A stretch of 34,808 bases of DNA from Verrucomicrobiota bacterium. Its GTDB lineage: Bacteria; Verrucomicrobiota; Verrucomicrobiia; Opitutales; Opitutaceae. The DNA is taken from the NCBI GenBank assembly GCA_023447015.1, contig JAEXPG010000059.1, positions 1 to 34,808 on the forward strand, in the 5' to 3' direction. The translations under genes and the position numbers were made by a program. Positions 15,271-24,800 of the stretch are shown here, piece after piece; position 1 is the first letter of the stretch; each line of letters starts with the position of its first letter. The notes beneath the pieces are model-generated. The model saw only the letters and a program-made list of their open reading frames with translations. It ran no database searches and was not told the origin of the DNA.

Positions 15271-15936
15271 TCAGCGGGCGGCGCCCGGCGGGAGCGAGCT
15301 GCGGTTGTCGACCAGTCCGATCTCGATCGCGTAGCGGGTGAGACTCGCGACGTCGTGCAAATCGAGTTTGCGCATGAGATTCGTGCGGTGGTTGTCGACC
15401 GTCTTGACGCTGATGCCGAGCTTGGAGGCGATCTCCTTGGTGCTGTAGCTCTCGGCCACCAACTGGAGAATCTCGCGTTCGCGATCGGTGAGCAGGTCGT
15501 GGCTGGAGGCAGCGGAAGGGTTTGTCACCACGTTGAGCAGCAGCGCGGCGACGGCGGGGCCGAAATAGGTGCCGCCGTTGGAGACGGTCTGGATGCCCTT
15601 GCGGAACTCGCTCAGTCCGGCGGTCTTCTCGACGAACCCGTGCGCACCGGCCTCGAGCATCTCGCGGACGAGCACCGGATTCTCGTAGCCGGAGAAGACG
15701 AGATAGCGGGTGTTCTTGAGCTGCTTGGCCAGGCGACGCAGGAGGTCCACGCCGTTGAGGCCGGGGAGCTTCGCATCGAGGATGGCAAGGTCGGGCTTGG
15801 TCTCGAGGCAGAGGTTGTAGGCCTGCTGGCCGTCGCCGCACTCGCCGACAATCTTGTAGTTGGGATCGTTGCGAAGCATCTCCGCGAGCATCTCGCGGAT
15901 GGCGGTTTGATCCTCAATGATGACGACGCGCTTCAT
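15271..15936 (-). CDS. Two-component response regulator, NarL/FixJ (LuxR-type HTH) family
   Basis: I chose the ATG at 15936 ([17 protein letters not shown]); the track ORF extends to 16101. REC: [14 protein letters not shown]. LuxR HTH: [43 protein letters not shown]. Confidence 0.9.
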   Translation of the reverse strand: MKRVVIIEDQTAIREMLAEMLRNDPNYKIVGECGDGQQAYNLCLETKPDLAILDAKLPGLNGVDLLRRLAKQLKNTRYLVFSGYENPVLVREMLEAGAHGFVEKTAGLSEFRKGIQTVSNGGTYFGPAVAALLLNVVTNPSAASSHDLLTDREREILQLVAESYSTKEIASKLGISVKTVDNHRTNLMRKLDLHDVASLTRYAIEIGLVDNRSSLPPGAAR

Positions 15937-16171
15937 CTTGCTTTGGCTGGGGACGGCTTGCCGGTCTGCGGACAGCTGGCGTTCGAGAACGGACGTGGGT
16001 TTTTCTTGAGGGATCATCAGGTGAAGTCTCCGGATTTGGCCAGATGATCTATCGGCTATTCCGCGAAAAATTTCGCGAAATCTTTGGGGGAAAGGCCCCA
16101 AAGCGGGGTCGAGCGGGTTATCCGAAATCCGTCCGGGCCGGCCGCAGGTGGGGGGGCGCGCGGCGGAAAAT

Positions 16172-16246
16172 TGGTGGGTCGACCGGGATTCGAACCCGGA
16201 ACCAACGACTTAAAAGGACGCTGCTCTACCATTGAGCTATCGACCC
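16172..16246 (-). tRNA. tRNA-Lys (anticodon UUU), CCA encoded
   Basis: The minus strand reads GGGTCGA TA GCTC AATGGTA GAGC A GCGTC CTTTTAA GTCGT TGGTT CCGGG TTCGAAT CCCGG TCGACCC A CCA. The acceptor, D and T stems are perfect. The anticodon stem has one U-U mismatch. Length is 75 nt. Confidence 0.85.
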
Positions 16247-16487
16247 AGAAAATTGAGCGGAGGTTACTAGGTGGCCTGCGCTTCCGCCGGCAAGCAGAAT
16301 TCGGGAGACAATCCGCTCAACTGAGCGGGGAAGCGCGGTCGCGGATGGCGGCGGGGCGGGCAATTGCCGGATGGGTGGTCTTCACCGGGGCGAGCGAATC
16401 GTGCGCTCGCCGGCATGTAGCTTTTCCATGCGGTGAGGGGGAGTGGCGCGCCGCGGCGGGCTCCGAGTTGGCCGGGGCTCCGCGTCG

Positions 16488-17555
16488 TCAACGGCGGACC
16501 GGCGCGGTCCGCCCGTCCACCCAGCGGCCCTCGATCATACTCAACACCGGATGGGGCGGGAAACCCTGCTCGTTGTGGTAGAGCTGGGTGGCGATGATAT
16601 CGACGGCGGTCGCCCCGATCTGCTCCAGGTTCTGGTTGATGCCCGCCGGCTCGGCGACATGGGCCAGGTTCATCTGTTCGACATCGAGCGCGGCGAAGGC
16701 GAGGGCGGAGGGGATGCGGCAGCCGGCTTGTTCGAGGGCGAGGTATTGCTTGGGGCCGAAACCGATGACGGCGTCCGGGCGCTGCCGCTTGAGCCATGTT
16801 TTCACGGCCGACGGTGCGTCGGTGTCCGCGGTGAGCATGGGCTCGAGGCGCGCGCCGCCGCGCATGTCCTGCGCGGCGCGGAATCCGCCCAGCCAGCTGA
16901 AGCCGACCCGGCTGTTCTGCGAGTCTTCCAGCATGAGCCCGATCCGGTCGTACCCCAGGCGCCGAAGATTCTCGTAGGCGGTGAGAACCCCGTGGAAGTG
17001 GTTGTGCGTCGCACGGTGCAGCTGGTGGTCCTTGTAGACGTAGCCGAGTCCGACGCAGATGAGCCGGGGCCAGTCGAGCTCGTGGGCGTAGACGGGAACC
17101 GGAAACGGAGCGATCAATACACCGCGGATGGCGCGAGTCCGGAGGACGCGGCAGGTGGCGGCGGAGGTCGCGCCGCCCGGGCCGAGCCAGAACGGTTCGA
17201 TCCGCATCCCGAGCTTCGGCGCCTGCTGGCGGGCGCCCTCGAAGAAGCCGACGCACGCGGAGTGCTTCTCCCAATCGTCCTCGGTCGGTCCGCCGCTGAG
17301 GAACCCGATGACCTCCGGAACCGACTTCTGGTGCTTGAGGCGCACCTGGGTCATGAGCGTCGAGACGAGCACGTTCGACCGGTAGCCCAATCGGTCGGCG
17401 GCGGCATGCACCCTGGCGCGAGTGGTTGGCGGGATCGAGGGATCGTTGCGCAAGGCGAGCGACACCGTGGTGTGGCTCACGCCGAGACTGCGGGCGATGT
17501 CGCGCAGGGTGGGCGAGGCCGGGTTGGCCGGTGGCTGCGGATCGGGTGGCGGCAC
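16488..17555 (-). CDS. LacI-family transcriptional regulator
   Basis: The N-terminal HTH is TLRDIARSLGVSHTTVSLALRNDPSIPPTTRARVHAAADRLGYRSN, followed by a periplasmic-binding-protein-like sugar-sensor fold. GTG start at 17555. It is divergent from the TBDR gene. Confidence 0.88.
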   Translation of the reverse strand: MPPPDPQPPANPASPTLRDIARSLGVSHTTVSLALRNDPSIPPTTRARVHAAADRLGYRSNVLVSTLMTQVRLKHQKSVPEVIGFLSGGPTEDDWEKHSACVGFFEGARQQAPKLGMRIEPFWLGPGGATSAATCRVLRTRAIRGVLIAPFPVPVYAHELDWPRLICVGLGYVYKDHQLHRATHNHFHGVLTAYENLRRLGYDRIGLMLEDSQNSRVGFSWLGGFRAAQDMRGGARLEPMLTADTDAPSAVKTWLKRQRPDAVIGFGPKQYLALEQAGCRIPSALAFAALDVEQMNLAHVAEPAGINQNLEQIGATAVDIIATQLYHNEQGFPPHPVLSMIEGRWVDGRTAPVRR

Positions 17556-17795
17556 GGCGGCGATTCGACGGCGCCGAGACCACGGTGCGCAACGGCATTT
17601 TACGTGGAAAGCCGCGAGGCTCTGGCTGGACTCCCCGCGGCCGGATCAGATGCCGTGCGTCGGGCCCCCCACCTGACGCGCCCCCAACAACTGACTACTG
17701 CGCCTGTCCTTCCGCCACGCAGCGACGGCCCGCGACCCGTTCGCGGTCCGCTCCTCTGCGGACGGGACGTGGGCCCCAAGAACCCCGATTCATTC

Positions 17796-20111
17796 ATGCA
17801 CCTCGCACCCCAAACCCGGCGGCTGCTGCCGCTCGCCTGTGTCTTGTTCTCCGCGTCGACATCGCTGCTCGCGCAAACCCCCGCCGGCCCGCCTGCCGCG
17901 GCGCCCGCCGCCGAGGACGATGTCGTCGTGCTGCCCGACTTCACCGTTTCGTCGCGGACCGAGGACCGGTACCGGTCGGCCGACGCCATCTCGGCGGTTC
18001 GCGTCCGCGCGCCGCTGATCGACACCCCGAGCTCGCTGACCGTGATCACGCGCGACCTGATCGACGACCTCGCGCCCGGCCGCATCTTCGATGTCACCCG
18101 CTTCGTGGCCGGCGTGCAGGAGGGCCGCGGGATCCAGTTCCAAGATCGCATGATCATCCGCGGCTTCGAGACGCAGAACGGCGCCCGCACCGTGGACAAC
18201 TTCCTCCAGTCCGCCGATGCCGACAACGTCGAGGAGACGATGATCGAGCGCATCGAGGTGACCAAGGGCCCGAACGCCATCCTCTCGCCCGCCGGCGCCC
18301 CCGGCGGCTCGATCAACGTGGTGACCAAGTCCCCGCTCTTCGAATCCAAGCGCAGCCTCTCGGCCCAGGTCGGGATGTACGATGCGCAGAAGGTCACCCT
18401 CGATGTCGCCGGACCGTTCGCTCCGGGCAGCAACTTCGCCTACCGGCTCGTCGGCTCGCTGCAGGACACGCAGCGTTTCTGGTCCGAGGATGCGCGGCAG
18501 CGCGGCAAGTCGCTCGCGCCGATGTTCTCCTGGCGCGTCTCCGACAAGACAATGCTCACGGTGAAGTTCATCGGGGCCGAGCATTGGATCTTCCGCGAGC
18601 CGCTGCTGATCCTCGACCCGGATGTGACCGCCGACACGAGCGAGCCCTATCTGGCCCGCGGCATCTCGAAGACGGGTCGCAACGGCATCCAGCCCTGGAG
18701 CCATGTCGGCACCCACAGCGCGGATCTCTTCACCGTCCTCACCACGGCCTTGAACGACCACATCAGCCTCCGGTTCGCGGCCAACGGCCGTTACTACTAC
18801 GAGGACTCGGACCAGGAGTTCCTCGGCACGCCGAGCCTCAACAACCGCTACAATCCCTACACCGGCGAGCTGACGCAGAACTACACCTGGGCGCTGCAGG
18901 ATGCCACGCAGCCGTATGACGCGACCTCCAACCGGTATGTGTCGACGTACTCGGCGTTCTTCAACCCCGCGGCCATTCCCGCGCGCCGCGACAAGCAGTG
19001 GTCGACCCGCCGCACGGGCAGCTTCCAGTCCGATCTGGTGGCGAACTACAAGTTCGGTCCGGTGAGCTCCCAGACGGTCACCGGCCTGGCCTGGAGCCAC
19101 CAGGACGGCGACACCCGCAACAAGAACACCCCCAACGGCTCGATCCTGATCGATCTCGCGCACCCCGACGTCGTCGCCAAGCCCGACCTCCCGGCGACGT
19201 TCTCGTACCGCAACGGCAGCTCGTACCAGAACCTCCAGCTCTACCTGAACCAGCGCTTCGGCCTCCTCGACGACCGGCTGTATCTCACCGGCGGCCTGCT
19301 GCGCTATTCGACACTGACGAAGGCGTGGAATGCGCTCACCGGCGGCGGCATGAGCGTGCTCGACGACAGCAAGCAGATGTGGACCACCAGCGCGTTGTTC
19401 AAGGTCACCAAGAACGTCTCGCTCTACTACAGCCACTCGACGAACTCCTCGCCGGTCATCGCCAACAACAACCCGCTCTGGCGCGACGGAGTGCAGGACG
19501 AGGCGGGGTTCAAGACCGAGTTCTTCAACCAGCGGCTCGCGTTCAACGGCGCCTGGTTCCGAATCAACCAGACCAACGTCACGGTGCCGAACCCCGCGCG
19601 CCAGACCGACCCGACCGCGCCGGAGCAGCTCATCTCCGACCTCGGCAACAACGGGCTCGAGTTCGAGGTGATGGGCAGCCTGACGCCGAACATCTCGGTC
19701 ATCGCCAGCTACTCGCACCTCAAGATGCGCGACGCGCTCGGCCGGCATGTCCGCGGCGTGGCCGACGAGAACGCCTCGCTCCTGCTCAACTACCGCGTCG
19801 CCGACGGCCCGTGCAAGGGGCTTTCGTTCAGCGCGGGCGTGAACTACAACGGCCGTCGCGCGGGCGACGTGCCGATCAACTACACGGCGTTGCGCGTCGT
19901 CGGCCAGACCAGCTTCTTCCTCGAGCCGCAGTATGTGACGACCTTCAGCACCTCCTATAGCTGGAACAAGTGGCTCTCCACGCGCTTGAACGTCGAGAAC
20001 CTCTTCAACGACGAGGGCTACATCGCGGTCGCCGGCGGCCGGGTTTCCGGCACCGGCATCACGAGCTCTCCGGGCATCAACGTCCGCCTCACGACGACCC
20101 TCAATTTCTGA
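17796..20111 (+). CDS. TonB-dependent outer-membrane receptor
   Basis: I chose the ATG at 17796, in frame inside the 1222-aa track ORF. Signal peptide: MHLAPQTRRLLPLACVLFSASTSLLAQ. TonB-box-like region: DDVVVLPDFTVS. Plug: IDTPSSLTVITRDLIDD...IRGF...IERIEVTKGPNAIL. A long beta-barrel ends in an aromatic residue (RLTTTLNF). Confidence 0.92.
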   Translation: MHLAPQTRRLLPLACVLFSASTSLLAQTPAGPPAAAPAAEDDVVVLPDFTVSSRTEDRYRSADAISAVRVRAPLIDTPSSLTVITRDLIDDLAPGRIFDVTRFVAGVQEGRGIQFQDRMIIRGFETQNGARTVDNFLQSADADNVEETMIERIEVTKGPNAILSPAGAPGGSINVVTKSPLFESKRSLSAQVGMYDAQKVTLDVAGPFAPGSNFAYRLVGSLQDTQRFWSEDARQRGKSLAPMFSWRVSDKTMLTVKFIGAEHWIFREPLLILDPDVTADTSEPYLARGISKTGRNGIQPWSHVGTHSADLFTVLTTALNDHISLRFAANGRYYYEDSDQEFLGTPSLNNRYNPYTGELTQNYTWALQDATQPYDATSNRYVSTYSAFFNPAAIPARRDKQWSTRRTGSFQSDLVANYKFGPVSSQTVTGLAWSHQDGDTRNKNTPNGSILIDLAHPDVVAKPDLPATFSYRNGSSYQNLQLYLNQRFGLLDDRLYLTGGLLRYSTLTKAWNALTGGGMSVLDDSKQMWTTSALFKVTKNVSLYYSHSTNSSPVIANNNPLWRDGVQDEAGFKTEFFNQRLAFNGAWFRINQTNVTVPNPARQTDPTAPEQLISDLGNNGLEFEVMGSLTPNISVIASYSHLKMRDALGRHVRGVADENASLLLNYRVADGPCKGLSFSAGVNYNGRRAGDVPINYTALRVVGQTSFFLEPQYVTTFSTSYSWNKWLSTRLNVENLFNDEGYIAVAGGRVSGTGITSSPGINVRLTTTLNF

Positions 20112-20130
20112 TCGGGTTCGTGTTCACACC

Positions 20131-20168
20131 GGAGCCCCCGATCTGGTCAGGTCGGGGGCTCCTTTTTG
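20131..20168 (+). terminator. Rho-independent terminator after the TBDR gene
   Basis: 11-bp stem 20131-20141 ggagcccccga / 20152-20162 tcgggggctcc with a 10-nt loop, then TTTTT at 20163-20167. It lies 19 nt after the stop. Confidence 0.85.
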
Positions 20169-20285
20169 CGACGTTCCGGGCGCGAGCTTTACGCGTAAAC
20201 TCCAAGCAGGGTTGCTCCCGCGGGCGCGGTGCGCCTCGCTGGGCGCCGCAACGGCCCCAAACACCGGCCGTGCCGGATCTCCTCC

Positions 20286-21752
20286 ATGCCCCAGCCCCTC
20301 TCCTCCATCCCCGCCGCGACCGCCGCGGACAAGCCGGTTTTCCGCGCCGGCACGTTGAGCTACGACCGTCGCGGGCTTCTCGAGGTGTTCGGCTGGCTGC
20401 TGTGGGGCGACGTGGTCTTCACGCTGATCGACAACATCGAGCCGACGATCCTGCCGATCATCCTCAAGGCGCACGGCGCCTCGAACACCGCGATCGGGCT
20501 GATCATCGTGACGTTCAACATGGTGCTCCAGGCGCTGATCATGCCGCCGCTCGGCTACTATTCGGACCGGCTGCGCACGCGCTGGGGCCGACGCATCCCG
20601 ATCCTCTTCCTCACCATCCCGTTTGTTTCGCTCTTCCTGGCGCTGACTCCCTATTCGCCGGAGATCGCGCACTGGTTTGAGCGCGTCGGGCTCGGGGGTG
20701 CGCTGGGGCTGCTCCCGGTGACCTCGGTGGTCGCGACTTTCGCGCTCTTCGTCTTCCTCTATCGCGCAGTCCAGACCGCCACCAACGTCACGTTCTTCGG
20801 GCTCCTGCGCGACGTGGTGCCGGACAACCGGATGGGGCTCTTCCTGTCGCTCTTCCGTCTTGTCGGCGCCGCGAGCACCTTCGCGATCAATTATTGGCTG
20901 CTCGGGCGGGCGGAGACCCACAGCCGACCGATCTTCATCGGCATCGCGGTGCTGAACCTCGTCGGGTTTCTGGCCATCTGCTGGTTCGTGCGGGAAGGCA
21001 CCTATCCGGCGGTGGCATCGCCGCCGCGGTCCTCCGGCGCCGGGCGCGCACCGCTCTGGTCCCATTTCGCCTGCGCCACCCGGGTCTTCGTGGCCGAATC
21101 GTACCGGCATCCGGTCTACCTTTGGACCTACTTCGTGCGGATCTGCCTCTACAGCGTGCATCTCGGGCTTTCCGCGTATGTCGTGTTTTTCCCTCGCGAG
21201 GAGCTCGGGATGGATCTCGGGGCCGTGGGGCGGATGCGGAGCTGGCCGATGCTGGCCTGGGTCTTTCTCGCGTATCCGATGGGCCGGCTCATCGACAAAC
21301 GCGGGTCGGTCGACGTGCTGCGCTGGAGCCTGATCCTGATCACCATCTTCTACGCGTTGTCGTTCTGCTTTGTCGTCGGGCCGGTGACCTACCTCTGGTC
21401 GACGCTGCTCGCCGGGATCGCGTTCTGGACCGTGATGGTCGCGCAGTTGAAACTCACCCAGGAGATCTTCCACCCGATGCGCTACAGCCAGCTGGCGGGC
21501 GCCAACACGATCATCCAGTCCGTGGTGATCGGAGCGCTGGTGATGCCGTTCGTCGGCTGGACGTTCGACGCGCTCAAGGACTGGAGCTTCACGATCGCGA
21601 TGCCGTTGGTGGGCGAGGTGACCTGTGGACGCTACCGGTTGTTGAATCTGATGATGGCGTTGCTCTTCGGTGCGGCGTGTTTCGGCGTGGTCATGGTCCG
21701 CCGGCACCGCGACCGGCTCGGCGGCCGCGACGGCTACGTGGCGCCGCTGTGA
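20286..21752 (+). CDS. MFS transporter, glycoside-pentoside-hexuronide (GPH)-like sugar symporter
   Basis: I chose the ATG at 20286 (MPQPLSS...). The protein has about 12 hydrophobic segments. The loop 2-3 motif YYSDRLRTRWGRRIP is typical of GPH/MFS_2 carriers. Confidence 0.85.
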   Translation: MPQPLSSIPAATAADKPVFRAGTLSYDRRGLLEVFGWLLWGDVVFTLIDNIEPTILPIILKAHGASNTAIGLIIVTFNMVLQALIMPPLGYYSDRLRTRWGRRIPILFLTIPFVSLFLALTPYSPEIAHWFERVGLGGALGLLPVTSVVATFALFVFLYRAVQTATNVTFFGLLRDVVPDNRMGLFLSLFRLVGAASTFAINYWLLGRAETHSRPIFIGIAVLNLVGFLAICWFVREGTYPAVASPPRSSGAGRAPLWSHFACATRVFVAESYRHPVYLWTYFVRICLYSVHLGLSAYVVFFPREELGMDLGAVGRMRSWPMLAWVFLAYPMGRLIDKRGSVDVLRWSLILITIFYALSFCFVVGPVTYLWSTLLAGIAFWTVMVAQLKLTQEIFHPMRYSQLAGANTIIQSVVIGALVMPFVGWTFDALKDWSFTIAMPLVGEVTCGRYRLLNLMMALLFGAACFGVVMVRRHRDRLGGRDGYVAPL

Positions 21753-21802
21753 GCGACCACGCGGCTCTGGACCTGCCGCCACCGCAAACCTACATTCCGC
21801 CG

Positions 21803-24800
21803 ATGCTCGCCCTCGTTCGCCGGCTTCTCCTCGCTCTGGCCTTCTTCGTGACGGGCGCCGCGGCGAGCGCCGACGGGGTTCTGCCGTGGGGGGATCAGGG
21901 CGACGGCACCTACCGCAATCCGATCCTGCCGGCGGACTGCTCCGATCCGGACGTGATTCGCGTCGGCGACGATTTCTATCTGGTCGCCTCGGAGTTCCAC
22001 TTCGTCGGCATCCAGGTGCTGCATTCGCGGGACCTGGTGAACTGGCGGGTGCTTGCGCGGGTCTTCGACCGCCTGCCGGTGGCGGCGAAGTACGATTCGC
22101 TGCAGGGCTACGGCGAAGGCACGTGGGCCCCCTCGCTGCGTTTTCACGATGGCCGTTTCTTCCTCTATGTCTGCACACCCCGCGAGGGATTGTTCCTCTG
22201 GACGGCGGCCGATCCGGCCGGTCCATGGCAAGGGCCAGTGACGGTCAAGGCCGTGGACCAGTGGGAGGATCCCTGTCCGTTCTGGGACGACGACGGGCAA
22301 GCCTATCTCGTGCACGGCCGGCTCGGCGCCGGACCGTTGCTCCTCCACCGGATGAGCGCCGACGGCACGCAGCTGCTCGACGACGGGATGGAGATCTACC
22401 GCGGGCCGGTCGCCGAAGGGCCGAAGCTCTTCAAGCGGAACGGCTGGTACTACATCTCGCTGCCGGAAGGCGGCGTCGAGCGCGGCGGACAGACGATCCT
22501 GCGCTCGCGCAACATCCGCGGTCCGTACGAACGCCGCGTCGTGGTACCCGATGGCGGACCACACCAGGGCGGCTTGGTCGAGCTGGCAGACGGCGATTCG
22601 TGGTTTGTCGGGTTCCAGTCGAGCGGCCAGCTTGGCCGTGTCTGCCATCTGCAGCCGGTGCGCTGGCACGACGATGACTGGCCGGTTTTCGGCGACAAGG
22701 GTCGGCCGGTTCTGAGCGCGAGGAAGCCCTCGATCAAAGGTTCCTTCGCGATCTCCCAACCCCAGACATCGGACGAGTTCTCGGACGCTGCGCTGCAACC
22801 GCAGTGGCAGTGGAACCACAACCCGATTGCGGACGCGTGGTCACTTGCCGAGCGGCCCGGCTGGTTGCGCCTGCACGGTCGCCCCGCAGCGGATCTGACG
22901 AGCGCCCGCAATACGCTGACGCAGAAACTCTGGGGCCAGGATGGCGTCTTTGTGACGAAACTGGATGCCGCAGCGCTGGCTCCGGGGCAGCGGGCCGGCC
23001 TGGCGTTCCAGTGCGGCAAGGGCTTCGAACCGGTGGGCGTCGAGCGCACGGCGAGCGGCCTGGCGGTGTTCTGGGCCGGCGGCACCGCGGCGCTCGGTTC
23101 GGCGAACGAAGTGTGGCTGCGCGCCGAGTACCGCGGCGCGGCGGCGCGACTGGCCTACAGCCTCGATGGCACGAGTTTCACCGACACCGGCGTGGCGGCC
23201 ATGCTCAAGTCGGGGCAATGGAAGGGCGCGCGGATCGCATTGTTCTGTTACGGTGAGGGCGCGGGAGCGGCGGATTTTGATTTCCTGCGATTCACACCCG
23301 GAGCGGCGCCGGTGCCGGTTGTCCTGCCGGCGACCACGCCGATCGACCGCGAGGCGCTGGTGCGCCGGCACAATCCGGTCGTGCGGCAGGTCGATCCCAC
23401 GGCGCCGCTCACGGTCGGCAACGGCGGCTTCGCGTTCACCGTCGACATCACGGGCCTGCAGACCTTCGGCGACTACTACTGGCAGCACGGGATCCCGCTG
23501 GAGACGCTGGCCCGCTGGTGCTGGACGACCGATCCGAATCCGCAGGGCTTCAAACTCGACGACACCAATCAGGACTTCGTGCAAGCGGACGGACGCACGG
23601 TCGGGTATCCGACCCGCGCGGGGACGCCCGCCAGCGATTGGCTGCGCCGCAACCCGCGCCTCCATCCGCTTGGCCAACTTTCACTCGAATGGGACAAGCC
23701 CGACGGAACGCCGCTGGCGCCCGCGGATATCCAGGAACCGGAGCAGACCCTCGACCTCTGGACCGGAATCATCACGAGCCGTTTCAAGCTCGGTGGCGTG
23801 CCGGTGCAGGTGACGACGGGCTGCCATCCGCACTCCGATCGGATCGCGGTGAAGCTCGAGTCGGAGTTGGTGAGAATGGGGAAGCTGCGCGTGCGTTTGG
23901 CGTTTCCCCGCGGCCACGACCAAAGCGTGAAGAATACACCGGCGCTCGATTGGGGGCATCCGGAGGAACACGAATCCCTCCTCAACGACGAGGCGCCTGA
24001 TGTGGGAGTGCTGTGGCTTCAGCCGGCACGAGCCGGCACCAAGCCGGCGCAACGCTCGGTCGTGATTCGTCGAGTGCTCGAGACCGAGTATCTCGTGGCG
24101 GTGTACGGCAAGCTGGAGCGCACCGGCCGGCATGCCTTCGTGCATCGAGGTGCTGCAGACTCGAGTCAGCTGGAACTGACTTTGGAGTTCACGCAGTTCG
24201 GTCCACTGGGCCCGATCGGCGCCGACCCGCTCTTTGCGGCGAGCGCGACCACGTGGGCTCGTTTTTGGCAGGGTGGGGCGGCGGTGGATTTTTCCGCCAG
24301 CACCAACCTGCTCGCGCCGAAGCTTGAGGCGCGGATCATCCTCTCGCGCTATCTGACCGCGGTGCAGTGCGCGGGCGAGGTGCCGCCGCAGGAGAGCGGG
24401 CTCACCTGCAACACCTGGTACGGCAAGCACCACACCGAGATGCTCTGGTGGCACTCCGCGCATTTCGTCCTTTGGGGACAGCCCGAGCTGGCGGCGCGCA
24501 GCCTCGACTGGTACGTCGCGCACCTGCCGGAGGCGCGGGCACTGGCGGCGAGCCGCGGGCTGCGCGGCGCGCGTTGGGCGAAGATGGTCGGCCCGGACAA
24601 TCGCGAGAGTCCCGGCGGCAATCCGCTCATCGTCTGGAACCAACCCCATCCCATCTACCTTGCCCAACTCCTGCTGCGGCAGGCGCCGTCGGCCGAGAAT
24701 CTTGCGAAGTACCGCGAGCTGGTGACCGAGACCGCCGAATGCCTCGCCTCGATGGCGACGTTTGAGCCGGCGAGCGGACGCTATGTGCTCGGGCCGCCGT

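Noticed and set aside
15937-16487. tRNA-Lys as a possible genomic-island integration site
   Set aside because: There is no integrase, no direct repeat of the tRNA 3' end, and no mobile-element genes on either side. The flanking genes are ordinary regulators and envelope genes.
17598-17610. TTTTACGTGGAAA, the only AT-rich patch in the LacI/TBDR divergent region, considered as a LacI operator
   Set aside because: Only the outer three positions are self-complementary, so it is not a convincing palindrome. It may be promoter sequence instead. It needs comparative footprinting.
16443-17795. N-terminal 451 codons of the 1222-aa track ORF 16443..20111
   Set aside because: This part runs antisense to the well-supported LacI regulator and has Arg/Gly/Ala-rich junk composition. 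The TonB-dependent receptor has a clean signal peptide starting at the in-frame ATG 17796.
17790-19748. 652-aa minus-strand ORF antisense to the TBDR. Similar long antisense ORFs occur at 7781..9040, 12976..14148, 14435..15334, 15355..16047, 20124..22226, 23681..25894, 25839..27419, 29428..30207, 30390..31067, 31132..32409 and 32766..33896.
   Set aside because: These are typical high-GC shadow ORFs. Their Arg/Gly/Asp/Leu/Val-rich translations have no motifs. Each is opposite a gene with strong family signatures, and in several cases a strand-matched terminator.
20894-21802. 5' 303 codons of the 1527-aa track ORF 20894..25477
   Set aside because: It overlaps the MFS transporter gene in another frame and has Arg/Pro-rich composition. 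The glycoside hydrolase starts at ATG 21803 with a typical signal peptide.
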